64,000 bases of DNA, taken from IMG/VR virus record IMGVR_UViG_3300033149_002876, positions 4,118 through 68,117 of that record; one strand, 5' to 3'. Each line of letters starts with the position of its first letter. Position 1 is the first letter of the stretch. The notes under the pieces were generated by a model. The model was not told the origin of the DNA and did no database searches. It saw nothing but the letters and a program-made list of their open reading frames with translations. A program made the translations under genes and the position numbers. This stretch comes from a virus. Shown here piece after piece: positions 28,651 to 39,217 of the stretch.

Positions 28651-29280
28651 ATGACCTGGAGATTAACTTCACCTAAATTTTTAAAAGGACATTGGCCTTT
28701 AAATGGAAATATTGAAGATGCTGTTGGTCCAAATAATGGAGCATGGGATGGAACAGCAGTTTATTCTGATGGCCCATTTGGAAAACAGATTGGAGGAGCT
28801 TTTACAGCTGCCCGGATTGATATAAGTGATAATGCTGCGCTTCGGGTTGCTCCCAAAATGAGCGTTTCTTGTTTTATGATTCCTTATCTTGGAGGTGGGG
28901 GTACTTTTCTGAGAGCTTTAGTTAAGGCAGATGATGCAGATAATTATTATGCTATTGCACATGCCGATGATACTGGTGAGATTCGGTTTACCGTAAAAAG
29001 GAACACGGTCACTTATGCTGCTCCAAAAGCATTTCTTTTGCCTGGCCCAAGTTATGTCACAATGAGTTTTGATGGGTCGGCAGTGATTGGATATGTCAAT
29101 GGAGTTCTGGCTACTGGTGCAGAATCAAGTGTAGGAACATCTGGTGATACTGATTTGCAAATAGGTGGGGTTCCAGGTGGGCAGTTTGTAGGAAATGTTT
29201 GGGAAGTTAAAAAACATGATTGCGCTCTTACTTATGATGAGCATATAAAACTTTATAGAATGGCAAGAAGGGGAACATAA
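28651..29280 (+). CDS. LamG-like domain protein 3
   Basis: GHWPLNGN, FDG...YVNG, LQIGG and EVKKHDCALT. Confidence 0.8.
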   Translation: MTWRLTSPKFLKGHWPLNGNIEDAVGPNNGAWDGTAVYSDGPFGKQIGGAFTAARIDISDNAALRVAPKMSVSCFMIPYLGGGGTFLRALVKADDADNYYAIAHADDTGEIRFTVKRNTVTYAAPKAFLLPGPSYVTMSFDGSAVIGYVNGVLATGAESSVGTSGDTDLQIGGVPGGQFVGNVWEVKKHDCALTYDEHIKLYRMARRGT

Positions 29281-30584
29281 TGCCAAACTTAATAAGAAAA
29301 TCTCAACCATTTGATATTCTCCCTGATCTTGCTGATCCAACTCTTGTTGGAAGCTGGTTAAATAAAGCTGTACGGAATACTGGTAAAGATTATTCTGTCA
29401 AAGGAAATGATGGAATTCCAACTGATGTTGAGTGGGATGAGGTTGGTGGTATATTTAATGGAAGTTCAAGTATTCTTAATGTTGGCAGTGATTCATCTAT
29501 AGATAATGTAGCTGCTTGGACTACTGAGGCTTGGATAAAACCAGATGGTTCAGGTGATGCTTATCAGATGATATTTTCTCAAAGTAGAAAATTTAGACGT
29601 GGTTTTATGTGGTATCAACATACTGATGAAATAATTCGTTGTTATATTGATATGAGTGGAACAGATGCCCAAGCACTTACTAATACTGGTGCAATTGTTC
29701 CTGGTATATTAAATTATGTTCTTGTTACCTTTGATACATTATTTAATCTTAGAATTTACATTAATGGTAAAGAAGTAAGTTATGATACCCAGACACAAGG
29801 GACTGGTTCTATTATTGGTTGGGCTGGTGATGATGTTAATATTGGTGGTAATAGTAATTTTTCTGAAGATTATTTTAAGGGTGGTATAGAAATAGTGAAT
29901 TTTTATTCTGAAGCAAAGTCAGACAATTTTGCTGCAGAACGTTATAAAAAAGCTGTTCCAGATGATAGTTTAATATTCTCCACTGTTGGTGGGATAGATG
30001 ATTTGAGCCGTTATAAAAGACCAATCACTCGGGGGGGTAGTGTTGTTCGGGGAGCCAATGAAATGAGTGGCTTTGATGGATCAACCGGTTATCTTTTGAC
30101 TTCTGATTCTGATAGCCTTAAGGGGATGGCTCAACTTTGCGGAGTTGCTTGGATTTACCCTACTGCTTGGGGGAATGTAAGTAATGAGGAAAAAATATTA
30201 TCCAAGAATAATGCAGTGTATGAGTGGGGGCTTGAGAGTAATAATGTTTGTGATATTTTCATTAACGGAAATAGAATTACAAGTGGACAGGTGGATGCGT
30301 ATTTGAATCGTTGGCAGTGTGCCGGATTTTCATATGATTCTGTTTCAACGCAGACAATACTTTTTATGAATGGTGTTCCAGTAAAGAGTGACACTGGTAC
30401 AGCTTCAGGGGTCATAGCTAGCACAGCAGACCCGTTAGTAATCGGGCAACGGTCAGAAGGTGGAGTATCAGCAACAGACCTTTATTGGAATGGGGCATTA
30501 TCTCTTATTGATCTTTTTGCTAATGATTTAAAATCACCAGCTTGGTTTAAAGAATTTTATCTCAGAACAAGGAAATATTTCTAA
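29280..30584 (+). CDS. Tandem two-LamG-domain protein
   Basis: FNGSSS..WTTEAWIKP..IYING..IGG followed by FDGSTG..AWIYP..FMNG..LVIG. Confidence 0.85.
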   Translation: MPNLIRKSQPFDILPDLADPTLVGSWLNKAVRNTGKDYSVKGNDGIPTDVEWDEVGGIFNGSSSILNVGSDSSIDNVAAWTTEAWIKPDGSGDAYQMIFSQSRKFRRGFMWYQHTDEIIRCYIDMSGTDAQALTNTGAIVPGILNYVLVTFDTLFNLRIYINGKEVSYDTQTQGTGSIIGWAGDDVNIGGNSNFSEDYFKGGIEIVNFYSEAKSDNFAAERYKKAVPDDSLIFSTVGGIDDLSRYKRPITRGGSVVRGANEMSGFDGSTGYLLTSDSDSLKGMAQLCGVAWIYPTAWGNVSNEEKILSKNNAVYEWGLESNNVCDIFINGNRITSGQVDAYLNRWQCAGFSYDSVSTQTILFMNGVPVKSDTGTASGVIASTADPLVIGQRSEGGVSATDLYWNGALSLIDLFANDLKSPAWFKEFYLRTRKYF

Positions 30585-30946
30585 TGGCTGCAGCAACTGA
30601 TAACACTAGAGTAGCAATTAGAGTAATGAAACAGAAAGCTGTTTGGTGGGAAAGTACTTCGCTAGGTGAATTCGGAAAACCTTCTTATACAACCCCTGTT
30701 GAGATTGATTGTCGTTGGGAAGATGTAGCTGAGGAATTTATAAATCCTAGTGGTGATCAGGAAATAAGTAGAGCAAAATTGATTGTTGATAGAGATGTAA
30801 AAGTAAAAGATAAATTAAAACTTGGTGAGCTTGATAGTAATATTGAAGATAATCCTAATGATAATGAAGATGTTTGGGAAATTCTTCAGTTTGGAAAAGT
30901 CCCGTATATTAAAGGAAATAAATATACCAGGGAGGTTTATCTATAA
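30584..30946 (+). CDS. Head closure protein
   Basis: FGKPSY..PVEIDCRWE...G.QEISRA; position. Confidence 0.75.
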   Translation: MAAATDNTRVAIRVMKQKAVWWESTSLGEFGKPSYTTPVEIDCRWEDVAEEFINPSGDQEISRAKLIVDRDVKVKDKLKLGELDSNIEDNPNDNEDVWEILQFGKVPYIKGNKYTREVYL

Positions 30947-31347
30947 TGGCTCACATGGTAAAAGTAACTGGTGTTAAAGCAATAAAGAAAGCTATGAAAA
31001 AAGCTAATACTTTACTTGGAGATGGCCAGCGCAAAGGACTTATAAAAGGTGGTTTGTATATCCAGAGAAAGAGTCAACAGGTTGTTCCCGTTGAATATGG
31101 TATATTAAAGAATTCAGCCGGGACGAAAGCTATTGGGCATGGATGGTATACGGATGTAATAGTCTATTATACGGCTTCCTACGCTGTATATGTGCACGAG
31201 AGAGTGGATCTGAGACATAAGCCAGGTAAATACGCTAAATTCTTAGAAAGGCCTGTAAGAGAGAATATGTCAAGGCTATTATTAATTATTTCTGGAGAGA
31301 TGTCAAAACATATGAAGCGTGTTAGAAGTTTTAAGGGGAAGAGCTAA
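30946..31347 (+). CDS. HK97 gp10-like neck/tail completion protein
   Basis: VPVEYGILKNS, YAVYVHE and AKFLE. Confidence 0.8.
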   Translation: MAHMVKVTGVKAIKKAMKKANTLLGDGQRKGLIKGGLYIQRKSQQVVPVEYGILKNSAGTKAIGHGWYTDVIVYYTASYAVYVHERVDLRHKPGKYAKFLERPVRENMSRLLLIISGEMSKHMKRVRSFKGKS

Positions 31348-31788
31348 ATGGATCATTCCCCAGCTTATATCATTTATAAATATTTAGTTGCTGAAGGATT
31401 AGTTACTGTTCCCACAGCTGGTGATGATTGGCCTATGTTTGTAGGAAATTTACCTGATGGGAATGATGTTAAAAATAATGCAACAGCTTGTTTAGATACT
31501 ACTCCAGTAAAAGATGGCAGAGTAATGGAAGGCGAGACTATATTTCATGAAGGCTGTGAAATTTTACTTCGTTCTGTTGATTACAATCCAGGTTGGGCTA
31601 AAATGAAAGCCTTGAAAGATGCTTTAGATGCTGTGAATAGAAATACCATAACAATATTAACAAAAACTTATAGATTGGATAGTATTACTCTTGCTACGGG
31701 AATTACTTCGTTAGGCCAAGAGGAGAATAGTCCAAAGAGAAGAGAGATGTTTAGTTTGAATTTTCTTGTTACTTTAAAGGAGACATAA
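31348..31788 (+). CDS. Tail terminator
   Basis: Position before the tail tube; R..FSLNF C-terminal strand. Confidence 0.7.
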   Translation: MDHSPAYIIYKYLVAEGLVTVPTAGDDWPMFVGNLPDGNDVKNNATACLDTTPVKDGRVMEGETIFHEGCEILLRSVDYNPGWAKMKALKDALDAVNRNTITILTKTYRLDSITLATGITSLGQEENSPKRREMFSLNFLVTLKET

Positions 31789-31789
31789 C

Positions 31790-32218
31790 ATGGCAAGAAT
31801 TGATGATGGCCACGCAACCTTAATTGAGTTTGCGGAAGACAGTGATGTTCAGATGTGGGAAAAGGAAGTAACACCTCCGGGAATTTCCGGTGGTGGTGAA
31901 AATGATACTTCCACGATGCATAATACAGTTTGGAGAACGAAAAGTCCAAAGGGGCTCAAGTCTCTTTCTGAATCTTCATTTACTGCAGCATATGATCCCG
32001 CAGTATATGATGAGATTGTATCTATGTGTAATGTGAATCAGTTGATCACTATTACATTCCCGGATTCCAGTACAATAGCATTTTGGGGATGGATTGATGA
32101 GTTTACTCCAGGAGCAAATGTAGAAGGTGAGCAGCCTACTGCTGATGTTACTATTATATGCTCAAATCAGAATGGTTCTCAGGTTGAGACTGCTCCTGTT
32201 TATTCTGCTGCGCCTTAA
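31790..32218 (+). CDS. Major tail tube protein
   Basis: VTPPG.SGG..DTSTM and ITFPDSST.AFWG. Confidence 0.8.
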   Translation: MARIDDGHATLIEFAEDSDVQMWEKEVTPPGISGGGENDTSTMHNTVWRTKSPKGLKSLSESSFTAAYDPAVYDEIVSMCNVNQLITITFPDSSTIAFWGWIDEFTPGANVEGEQPTADVTIICSNQNGSQVETAPVYSAAP

Positions 32219-32282
32219 GTTGTTTTATTTTATGTTGTTTTTGGCTGAACGTTTTTTATTTTTATTGGGAAGGAATTGATCT

Positions 32283-32639
32283 ATGGCTGATGTATTGAAA
32301 TTGTCATTGGAATTGAAAACTTTTGAATTGATTTTAGGTGATGAGAAATGTCTTTTGAAAGAATTGACTGGTAAAGACAGAAACAAATATCTTAATACCA
32401 TGAAGTCAAGAGTAAAGGTTGGGGAAGAAGGAAAGAAGATTACGATAAATTCTTTTGATGGAATGCAATCGGATCTTTTAGGAAAGAGTTTGTTCCATGA
32501 ATCAGGTGAAGCTTTTTCTGTTGAAGAAATTGAGAATATACCTTCATCTGCTCAGCAGACTTTATTTGAAGAAGCAGCAAAACTTTCGGGACTTGATGAG
32601 AAAAAAGATAAGGAAAAAGACGAAGACCCAAACGTTTAG
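32283..32639 (+). CDS. Tail assembly chaperone (gpG-like)
   Basis: Between the tube and TMP genes; ends ...LSGL..EDPNV. Confidence 0.8.
   Translation: MADVLKLSLELKTFELILGDEKCLLKELTGKDRNKYLNTMKSRVKVGEEGKKITINSFDGMQSDLLGKSLFHESGEAFSVEEIENIPSSAQQTLFEEAAKLSGLDEKKDKEKDEDPNV
32627..32633 (+). other. -1 ribosomal frameshift slippery site C CCA AAC
   Basis: X XXY YYZ heptamer in frame just before the gpG stop; the -1 frame is open into 32690-33040. Confidence 0.85.
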
Positions 32640-33040
32640 AGGGTGAGGAGCTAGATTGGTTTAGATTAGCTTCACACCAAAATTGGTCTGTGGAAGAGGC
32701 TCAAGTAAAAGTCTCTTCCACAGGATTTTTAAAATGGATATGGTTTTTAGATTGGAAAGCAACAAGGGAGTTTAGACGGGAGGATTATTATATGGCTCAT
32801 ATCGCAGCAACGATAGAACGGGGTTATGTAAAACATCCAAAAAAAGTAAAACTTAAAAACCATTTATTGGATTTCAATCGTATTCAAGATAAATCCTCTA
32901 AGCCTCAACTTCAAAAGAAGAAAGGCCTTTCAAAAGAGCGTATGCAGAAGAGCAAAAGTTTTTGGAAAGGTTTAACAGGGTTGATCGGAAAGAAAAAGAA
33001 GACAAAGTTACCTAAGAAAGTAAAACAGAGTAAAGGATAA
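32627..33040 (+). CDS. Tail assembly chaperone gpT part (expressed as a gpGT fusion)
   Basis: -1 frame reads RLEGEELDWFRLASHQNWSVEEAQVKVSSTGFLKWIWF, a gpT-like pattern. Confidence 0.8.
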   Translation, partial: PKRLEGEELDWFRLASHQNWSVEEAQVKVSSTGFLKWIWFLDWKATREFRREDYYMAHIAATIERGYVKHPKKVKLKNHLLDFNRIQDKSSKPQLQKKKGLSKERMQKSKSFWKGLTGLIGKKKKTKLPKKVKQSKG

Positions 33041-33043
33041 TAT

Positions 33044-35578
33044 ATGGCTTTTTCTTTAAATCTTGGTAATTTAGAAGTTCATCTTTTAGGTGATAATAGT
33101 CACTTAGCCAAGACACTCCGTAGCACAGAAGCTATGTTAAAAAGGACAGAAGATAAAGCAAAGAAGTTTGGTAAAAGTATGACTAGAAATGTTACCCTTC
33201 CTCTTGCAGCTATGGGTTTAGCTGCTTCCAAAGCTATTGTTGATTTTGATAAAGCTATGACAGAGTCTTTAGCTATTATGAAAAACATAACACCACAAAT
33301 ACGTAAAGAAATGGAAGAGACTGCCATATCTATTTCTTCTCAAGGTGTAAAGTCAGCAGAAGAACTTGCCAGATCATATTTCTTTTTAGCTTCTGCTGGG
33401 TTTGATGCTAAACAATCTATAGCTGCTTTATCAACTGTAGAATCATTTGCTACAGCCGGAACATTTGATATGGCTTTAGCTACGGATTTATTAACAGACG
33501 CTCAATCAGCTTTAGGTTTGACTGTAAAAGATTCTGAACAGAATATGAAAAACATGGCTCGTATATCAGATGTGCTAGTAAAAGCTAATGTTTTAGCAAA
33601 TGCTTCAGTAGAACAATTTTCAACTGCTCTTACTAGTAAAGCTGCAACAGCCATGAAGTCCTTTAATATAGAACTCGAAGAAGGAGTATCTATTTTAGCT
33701 GCTTATGCTGATCAGGGGATCAAGGCCCAATTAGCTGGTAGTATGTTTGATCGTATGTTAAGATTATTGCTTAAAAGTATAAATGATAATAAAGAGGTTT
33801 GGGACAAATTTAATATAAGAACAACTGATGCTATGGGAAATCTAGTTCCATTGGCTGATATAATTGAGGACTTGACTGAAAGAACAAAGGGTATGGGAGC
33901 GGCTCAGAAAACCGCTATGTTGGATATGCTTGGATTTGAAGCTCGAAGTCAGCAGGCAATTTTACCATTATTGGGATTATCTAATAAAATTCGTGATTAT
34001 GAAAAAAATCTAAGGTCTGCAGGTGGAGTGACAGAAGATGTTGCAAATAAGATAAAAAAATCATTAAGCGCACAATTTAAAATTTTGTGGAATAATATTA
34101 AGAATGCTTCTATTGAATTGAGAAATGAGTTTAAGCCAATATTACTTGGTGTTTTAAGTCATATTCAAAAAGCAGTACAATGGTTTAGGGATTTAGATGT
34201 AAATACAAAAAAATGGATTGTTGCTTTGGCTGCAGTTGCTGCTATTTTAGGGCCATTAACTTTAGTTTTGTTTACATTTCTAAGTTTAGGAATTAAGATT
34301 CTTTCAATCTTAGTTGCTTTTGGACCAGCTATAATTGTATTTACTGTAATGGCAACAGCGATATGGGCTATTGTGGATGCTTTTACTAAAGCTGATTTGA
34401 AAATAATAAACTTTTTTAGAAATATCCGAATTGGAGGGACATCAGTAGGAGCATGGATGGATGCTCTTGGAACTTATATCTGGCAGACATGGGACTGGGC
34501 CATAAATAAATCTATATTGATTTGGGAAACTCTTTGGGTTTCTGTTAAAGAATTAGGAGCTAAAATAAAAAGAGTATTTCTTGCAATGGGACAATTCCTT
34601 GATGAGGTTTTTTGGATTGCTATTGGTTCAATTACTCGTGGATTAGCTTCCTTATTAAGAAACACTGCAGAAACTATGAGCCGTGTGAAGGGTATGAGTC
34701 AGAAAGTAGTAGACAGTATTATTGAAAGTGCTGCTAGTATGGAATTTAAAGTAAGTCAGGCAAGCACAAAGTCTGCTGCTAGTTATAAAAAAGCAATTGA
34801 AGATAGTCTTGATGAATCTGCAGCTAATTGGAAAAAGTATTATGAAAAAGTTACAAAGCTGGATGCAGAAAATGCAGCAAGAATGAAAAAATGGGCTGTT
34901 GCAAGACAATTAATATTTGGTACAGATGCTATGAAAGCTCAGGCTGTAGGTGGAGCAGGTGGAGCAGGTGTAGAAGGAACTGTTGCTGCTGCTGAACAGG
35001 TTAATATTGATCTTGAAAATGTATTACAACGACGAACTGATATGATGAATGAACAAGCTAGAAAACAAATTGAAATTGAAAGACAAAAGAATGAGGTCAT
35101 AGTTACAGGTGTTGGAGCATTGTTTGGTGCTATGGCCCAAATTGCTCAGATAGGTGGAAAGAAAACATTTAAAATTTATAAATCTTTAGCATTAGCAGAA
35201 GCGGGAATTGCAGCTTATTCAGCTTTCAATAAAGCTCTTGCTTCTCCACCCGGGCCTCCAGCTACTTATCCGGTTGCAGCTGCAGCACTGGCTATTGGTC
35301 TTTTAAGAGTACGTCAGATTGCAATGATGAAACCTGGTGGAGGATTCTCCGGGGGTGGAGGCGGTGGTGGAAGAGGAGTTACTGCTTCTCCAAAAGCAAG
35401 TACACCACCTGAAGAAATTAGTACTCAAGCAACTGATAGACCACGAGATCGTTATACAATTATTATTGAAAATGTTAATGGAACTGCAGATGATGAATTT
35501 GCAGACAAATTAGCTGAATCTCTTATGAATCGTAGTGTGGATGGTCGGGAATATGGTTTTGAAACAACAAGTAGATAG
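33044..35578 (+). CDS. Tape measure protein (TP901 family)
   Basis: VTLPLAAMG, FDKAM and LASAG motifs; helical Ala-rich, with W-spaced repeats. Confidence 0.92.
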   Translation: MAFSLNLGNLEVHLLGDNSHLAKTLRSTEAMLKRTEDKAKKFGKSMTRNVTLPLAAMGLAASKAIVDFDKAMTESLAIMKNITPQIRKEMEETAISISSQGVKSAEELARSYFFLASAGFDAKQSIAALSTVESFATAGTFDMALATDLLTDAQSALGLTVKDSEQNMKNMARISDVLVKANVLANASVEQFSTALTSKAATAMKSFNIELEEGVSILAAYADQGIKAQLAGSMFDRMLRLLLKSINDNKEVWDKFNIRTTDAMGNLVPLADIIEDLTERTKGMGAAQKTAMLDMLGFEARSQQAILPLLGLSNKIRDYEKNLRSAGGVTEDVANKIKKSLSAQFKILWNNIKNASIELRNEFKPILLGVLSHIQKAVQWFRDLDVNTKKWIVALAAVAAILGPLTLVLFTFLSLGIKILSILVAFGPAIIVFTVMATAIWAIVDAFTKADLKIINFFRNIRIGGTSVGAWMDALGTYIWQTWDWAINKSILIWETLWVSVKELGAKIKRVFLAMGQFLDEVFWIAIGSITRGLASLLRNTAETMSRVKGMSQKVVDSIIESAASMEFKVSQASTKSAASYKKAIEDSLDESAANWKKYYEKVTKLDAENAARMKKWAVARQLIFGTDAMKAQAVGGAGGAGVEGTVAAAEQVNIDLENVLQRRTDMMNEQARKQIEIERQKNEVIVTGVGALFGAMAQIAQIGGKKTFKIYKSLALAEAGIAAYSAFNKALASPPGPPATYPVAAAALAIGLLRVRQIAMMKPGGGFSGGGGGGGRGVTASPKASTPPEEISTQATDRPRDRYTIIIENVNGTADDEFADKLAESLMNRSVDGREYGFETTSR

Positions 35579-35586
35579 GATTTAAT

Positions 35587-36396
35587 ATGCCTTATGATCT
35601 TCCTTTTATATTATATAATAATGAATTAGAGAATGGAGTACTGAGTGTCACTTCTGAAGAGGCAAGTTTTCCAAAAGAAAATATGATTGATTGGTTGGAT
35701 TGGACTTATTGGAAAGCTACTACTGGTTTAGATCAAAACATTGATGTAGATAAAGGCGCGCCAGGAGTTGAAGTAGATACTTTAGCTATTTTGGCTCACA
35801 ATATCGGTACTGGTGGGAATTCTTTAGGAGCAACCATAACTGTTTATGAAGATGATAATGATTCATTTTCCTCTGCTACAACATTAGGAACAATATCACC
35901 TACAGATGATAATCCCTTTTATTTAGATTTAACACCAGGAACAGAAAGATATAATCGGATAAAAATTGAGAACATGGAAGATCCAGCTTTCATAGGTGTG
36001 ATATGGCTTGGTAAGAAAATGGAAATGCCTGTTGGACCTGAATTTTCATTTGATCCTGATATGCAAGAAGTGGTATCTGAAAAATTTGTAAGTTATAGTG
36101 GAAGAATGGTTTCTTCTTCAGTGAAATATTCTGATAGAACTATGAATGTTCCTTTTAGAAGAATTGCTCAAAGTTTTATTGCTTCAGATTTATTACCTTT
36201 TCTTGAAGATCATTATGGACAGATGAAACCTTTCTTCTTTGTTCCTGATCCGGGGGATGTATTTGGAACTGGTAAAGTATATTATTTAGTTGCTCCAGAT
36301 AATCCATCAATTGGGCTTCCAGTATATAATGATGATATTGGTTTTAGAGATTGGGAACTTGTAGCTCGTGGCGTGCGTCAAAGCACTTTTAGATAA
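35587..36396 (+). CDS. Distal tail / tail tip protein
   Basis: Follows TMP; LAILAHN and PFFFVPDP. Confidence 0.7.
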   Translation: MPYDLPFILYNNELENGVLSVTSEEASFPKENMIDWLDWTYWKATTGLDQNIDVDKGAPGVEVDTLAILAHNIGTGGNSLGATITVYEDDNDSFSSATTLGTISPTDDNPFYLDLTPGTERYNRIKIENMEDPAFIGVIWLGKKMEMPVGPEFSFDPDMQEVVSEKFVSYSGRMVSSSVKYSDRTMNVPFRRIAQSFIASDLLPFLEDHYGQMKPFFFVPDPGDVFGTGKVYYLVAPDNPSIGLPVYNDDIGFRDWELVARGVRQSTFR

Positions 36397-36405
36397 GGGA
36401 TAGAG

Positions 36406-38211
36406 ATGGCTTGGGATGCTGACAAAGGAAAGGTAGGACAAAATTGGATTTATTATGTTGAAATCCTACCCAGAACTTGTAGTCTAGTTTATGGTGATTC
36501 TCCCTGTATAGCTTCAGGTGGTCAATGCGCTTATTCCTGGGCTACTTGTGAAGATGTAGCTAATTTTGATTTGAATACAACCACTTATAAATTTTCTAGT
36601 AAGTTTGGAGGAAAGGTATTTGAAGGAACTCAAATACAGCCTTCATTAACATCTATATCATCTATTCCAACTGAAATCAATCCAAATAAATCTATAACAA
36701 TAAATGCTCGACTTGTATTAACTTTTGAAGATGTTGAAGATCCTCCACCATTTCATTCTGAAAAAGGGTCTGGAAAATTTTATCCATATAGGAAGGGAAC
36801 CTTTTGGCGTATATTTACTCGTATATATCGGGAGAGTTATAAGTATTGTACATTAAAATTATATGAAGGGCTTCCAAGTTATACTTCATTGAATGATTTT
36901 AGTTTGAGACGGGAACTTAAAATAAATAATATTGAGTTTTCTAAAGGTGGGAAAGTCAGAGTCACAGCAACTGATAAAACACGACTCACTAAAGCTCTTA
37001 AAATTCCTAATGCAATTAGCTCTTCTAATGTACTTACTCAAGAAGCCACTGCGGGTGATGCTGTTATTTTTGTTGCTAATACAAATGAATTTAAAATTCT
37101 AGATGGTGGTTATCCTTCTTACGGAAAAATAATAGACAGTGTTGCAGGTGATGAGTATTTTGAATTCACTAGTATTGGTATTACAGGAACCTATCTTGCA
37201 GGAGTAACTCGGGGATTGTTTGGAACATCCAATGTTACCCATGCAGTCGGAAAGAAAGTTATTCAAGTTGCGTCTTTTGCTAATGAATTTGATACAGGAA
37301 TTAGTTCAGATGTTGGTAAAAATCCTGTAGATATAGCAAAAGAAATTATTTTGGGTTGGGTTGGAATAGATTCTGGAGATGTAGATGATACTGAATTTGA
37401 TGATGAACGTGATCTTTGGTATCCTTCTTTAAAGTATCGGAGAATTATTGAAAGCCCGGTTCAAGCAGATAAATTGATATCACAACTCAATCAATTTATG
37501 ATGTCTAATATTTGGCAGAATGAAGATCAAAAATTAACATTCAGAGCATTGCAACCCACTGCTCCAGGGGAAACTCTTGTTGAATTTAAAACTGATGAAA
37601 ATATTATAAATGATACTCTTACAATCAATAATAAAGTAGAGACCCAAGTTAGTAGAGTTACTGTCCATTTTAGTCCAGATGATGTTTGGGGACTTAAAGA
37701 TCATTCATCAGCAGATGATTTTAGTGAGCATCTTATTTTAATAAATGCTGCAGCTGAAACTAGTAATGGACAAGGCGAACCCATTGAAGTTGAATTTTTT
37801 GCTGATTGGATTTATAATATATCGGAAGCCAAATCATTTGCTGATCGTTATATGCGCAGATATTCTCCTGTAGCTCCTATGGAAATTATGTACCAAGTAT
37901 CTCGTAGGGATTCAGATACACAAACAGGAGATATAGTTGATATAACTAGTGAATATTTTGTTAATGATGATGGTACAGAAGATACTTTAAATTTTCAAGT
38001 TCTTTCAAAATCAGAATCTCAAAAAGGTATTATTGAAATGAAAGCTCTTGAAACAAAATTTGATAAAAAATATGCTTTCATTACTCCTTCAGGATACCCG
38101 GATTGGACGGCAGCTACAGATGCTGAAAAAGAATATGGATACATTTGTGATGAAGATAGTGATGGAGAAGTTTTTATGAGTGATGGTTCTGAAGCCTCTT
38201 ATATTTGGTAA
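36406..38211 (+). CDS. Tail tip / baseplate hub protein
   Basis: N-terminal C..YG..PC...C...TC, RGLFGT...H and GDIV motifs. Confidence 0.7.
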   Translation: MAWDADKGKVGQNWIYYVEILPRTCSLVYGDSPCIASGGQCAYSWATCEDVANFDLNTTTYKFSSKFGGKVFEGTQIQPSLTSISSIPTEINPNKSITINARLVLTFEDVEDPPPFHSEKGSGKFYPYRKGTFWRIFTRIYRESYKYCTLKLYEGLPSYTSLNDFSLRRELKINNIEFSKGGKVRVTATDKTRLTKALKIPNAISSSNVLTQEATAGDAVIFVANTNEFKILDGGYPSYGKIIDSVAGDEYFEFTSIGITGTYLAGVTRGLFGTSNVTHAVGKKVIQVASFANEFDTGISSDVGKNPVDIAKEIILGWVGIDSGDVDDTEFDDERDLWYPSLKYRRIIESPVQADKLISQLNQFMMSNIWQNEDQKLTFRALQPTAPGETLVEFKTDENIINDTLTINNKVETQVSRVTVHFSPDDVWGLKDHSSADDFSEHLILINAAAETSNGQGEPIEVEFFADWIYNISEAKSFADRYMRRYSPVAPMEIMYQVSRRDSDTQTGDIVDITSEYFVNDDGTEDTLNFQVLSKSESQKGIIEMKALETKFDKKYAFITPSGYPDWTAATDAEKEYGYICDEDSDGEVFMSDGSEASYIW

Positions 38212-38220
38212 AGGAAAATA

Positions 38221-38832
38221 ATGGCAGTTCCAAGTAAAAATTTTACAGTAATTCCAGATGGTTCAATTGATGCTGATTCTCCAATCACCCAAGACCTTAT
38301 GACGGACTTTCGTGATAATGATATTAACCTTGAAGAATGGTTGGGAAAGAATTATACAGCAGCAGTAGATCATGATCATGATGGAGCAAACAGTGCTCCA
38401 GTAAATATTTCTGCAGTTCTAGCAGCTTATAATGCTCAGCATTCCGTTGATGCTAATTCATCATGGAGTATTTCTACAGGTGCTCTTGGTTTTACTCCAC
38501 AAGCTATGGTGGTTCATTGGGGAGTTGAGTTTGGATCTTTGAATGAAATTCATTATGGATGGGGCTTGGCTATGGGAATAGGCGCAGGGAATCAATCTGG
38601 ATTTGCTACCCGTTTTGATTCAAGTGGTCCAGCATTTGATGGTTCAGCTATTGATGCTAGTAATGTTATGGGTACAACTGCTAATACTGCAGGTGGATTA
38701 AATACTACATTTGCTGAAAAAGGTGAAGTAACAGCTTGGGCTGCAGGTGGTATTACCATAGCTACAACAACAGGTGTTTGGAGAGGTTCTGCCGGAACAC
38801 TTTATGTTAATATTCAAATTTGGGGAGCTTAA
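38221..38832 (+). CDS. Short tail fibre-like protein
   Basis: IDADSP.T.LM..RDN, HDHDG and GFTPQA; Gly/Thr-rich. Confidence 0.6.
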   Translation: MAVPSKNFTVIPDGSIDADSPITQDLMTDFRDNDINLEEWLGKNYTAAVDHDHDGANSAPVNISAVLAAYNAQHSVDANSSWSISTGALGFTPQAMVVHWGVEFGSLNEIHYGWGLAMGIGAGNQSGFATRFDSSGPAFDGSAIDASNVMGTTANTAGGLNTTFAEKGEVTAWAAGGITIATTTGVWRGSAGTLYVNIQIWGA

Positions 38833-38833
38833 A

Positions 38834-39197
38834 AATGATAATATATTATCAGAAAAGTACAAAACAAATTTTATCTATTGTTAATCATGATGCTAAAAAA
38901 TATTTAGATGATGAACAGTTGGAAGGGGAATTGGATTTAATATATCCGAATCTCAAAAATGATGTAGGTGTGAGTCGATTTAAAGAAGTAGAAAATCAAA
39001 AAGTAGAATGTGGTGGATTTTGGGATTCAGAAAAGAATATCCAAACTGCTCCACGGCCTGAAACTATTAAAACAGAACATCCTCATAAAGATCGTATTAG
39101 ATATCTTTTTGAAAATATGGAAACTGGCACAGCGACTTTAGCTGAAGTTCAGGAATATTTAGTAAAGGCTAATTTAACAAAAAGAATAACACAATAA
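38834..39197 (+). CDS. Tail fibre assembly-like protein
   Basis: MIIYYQKSTKQI start typical of XkdW-like chaperones; follows the fibre gene. Confidence 0.5.
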
Positions 39198-39217
39198 TAT
39201 CGGGAAGGAAAACAAAC

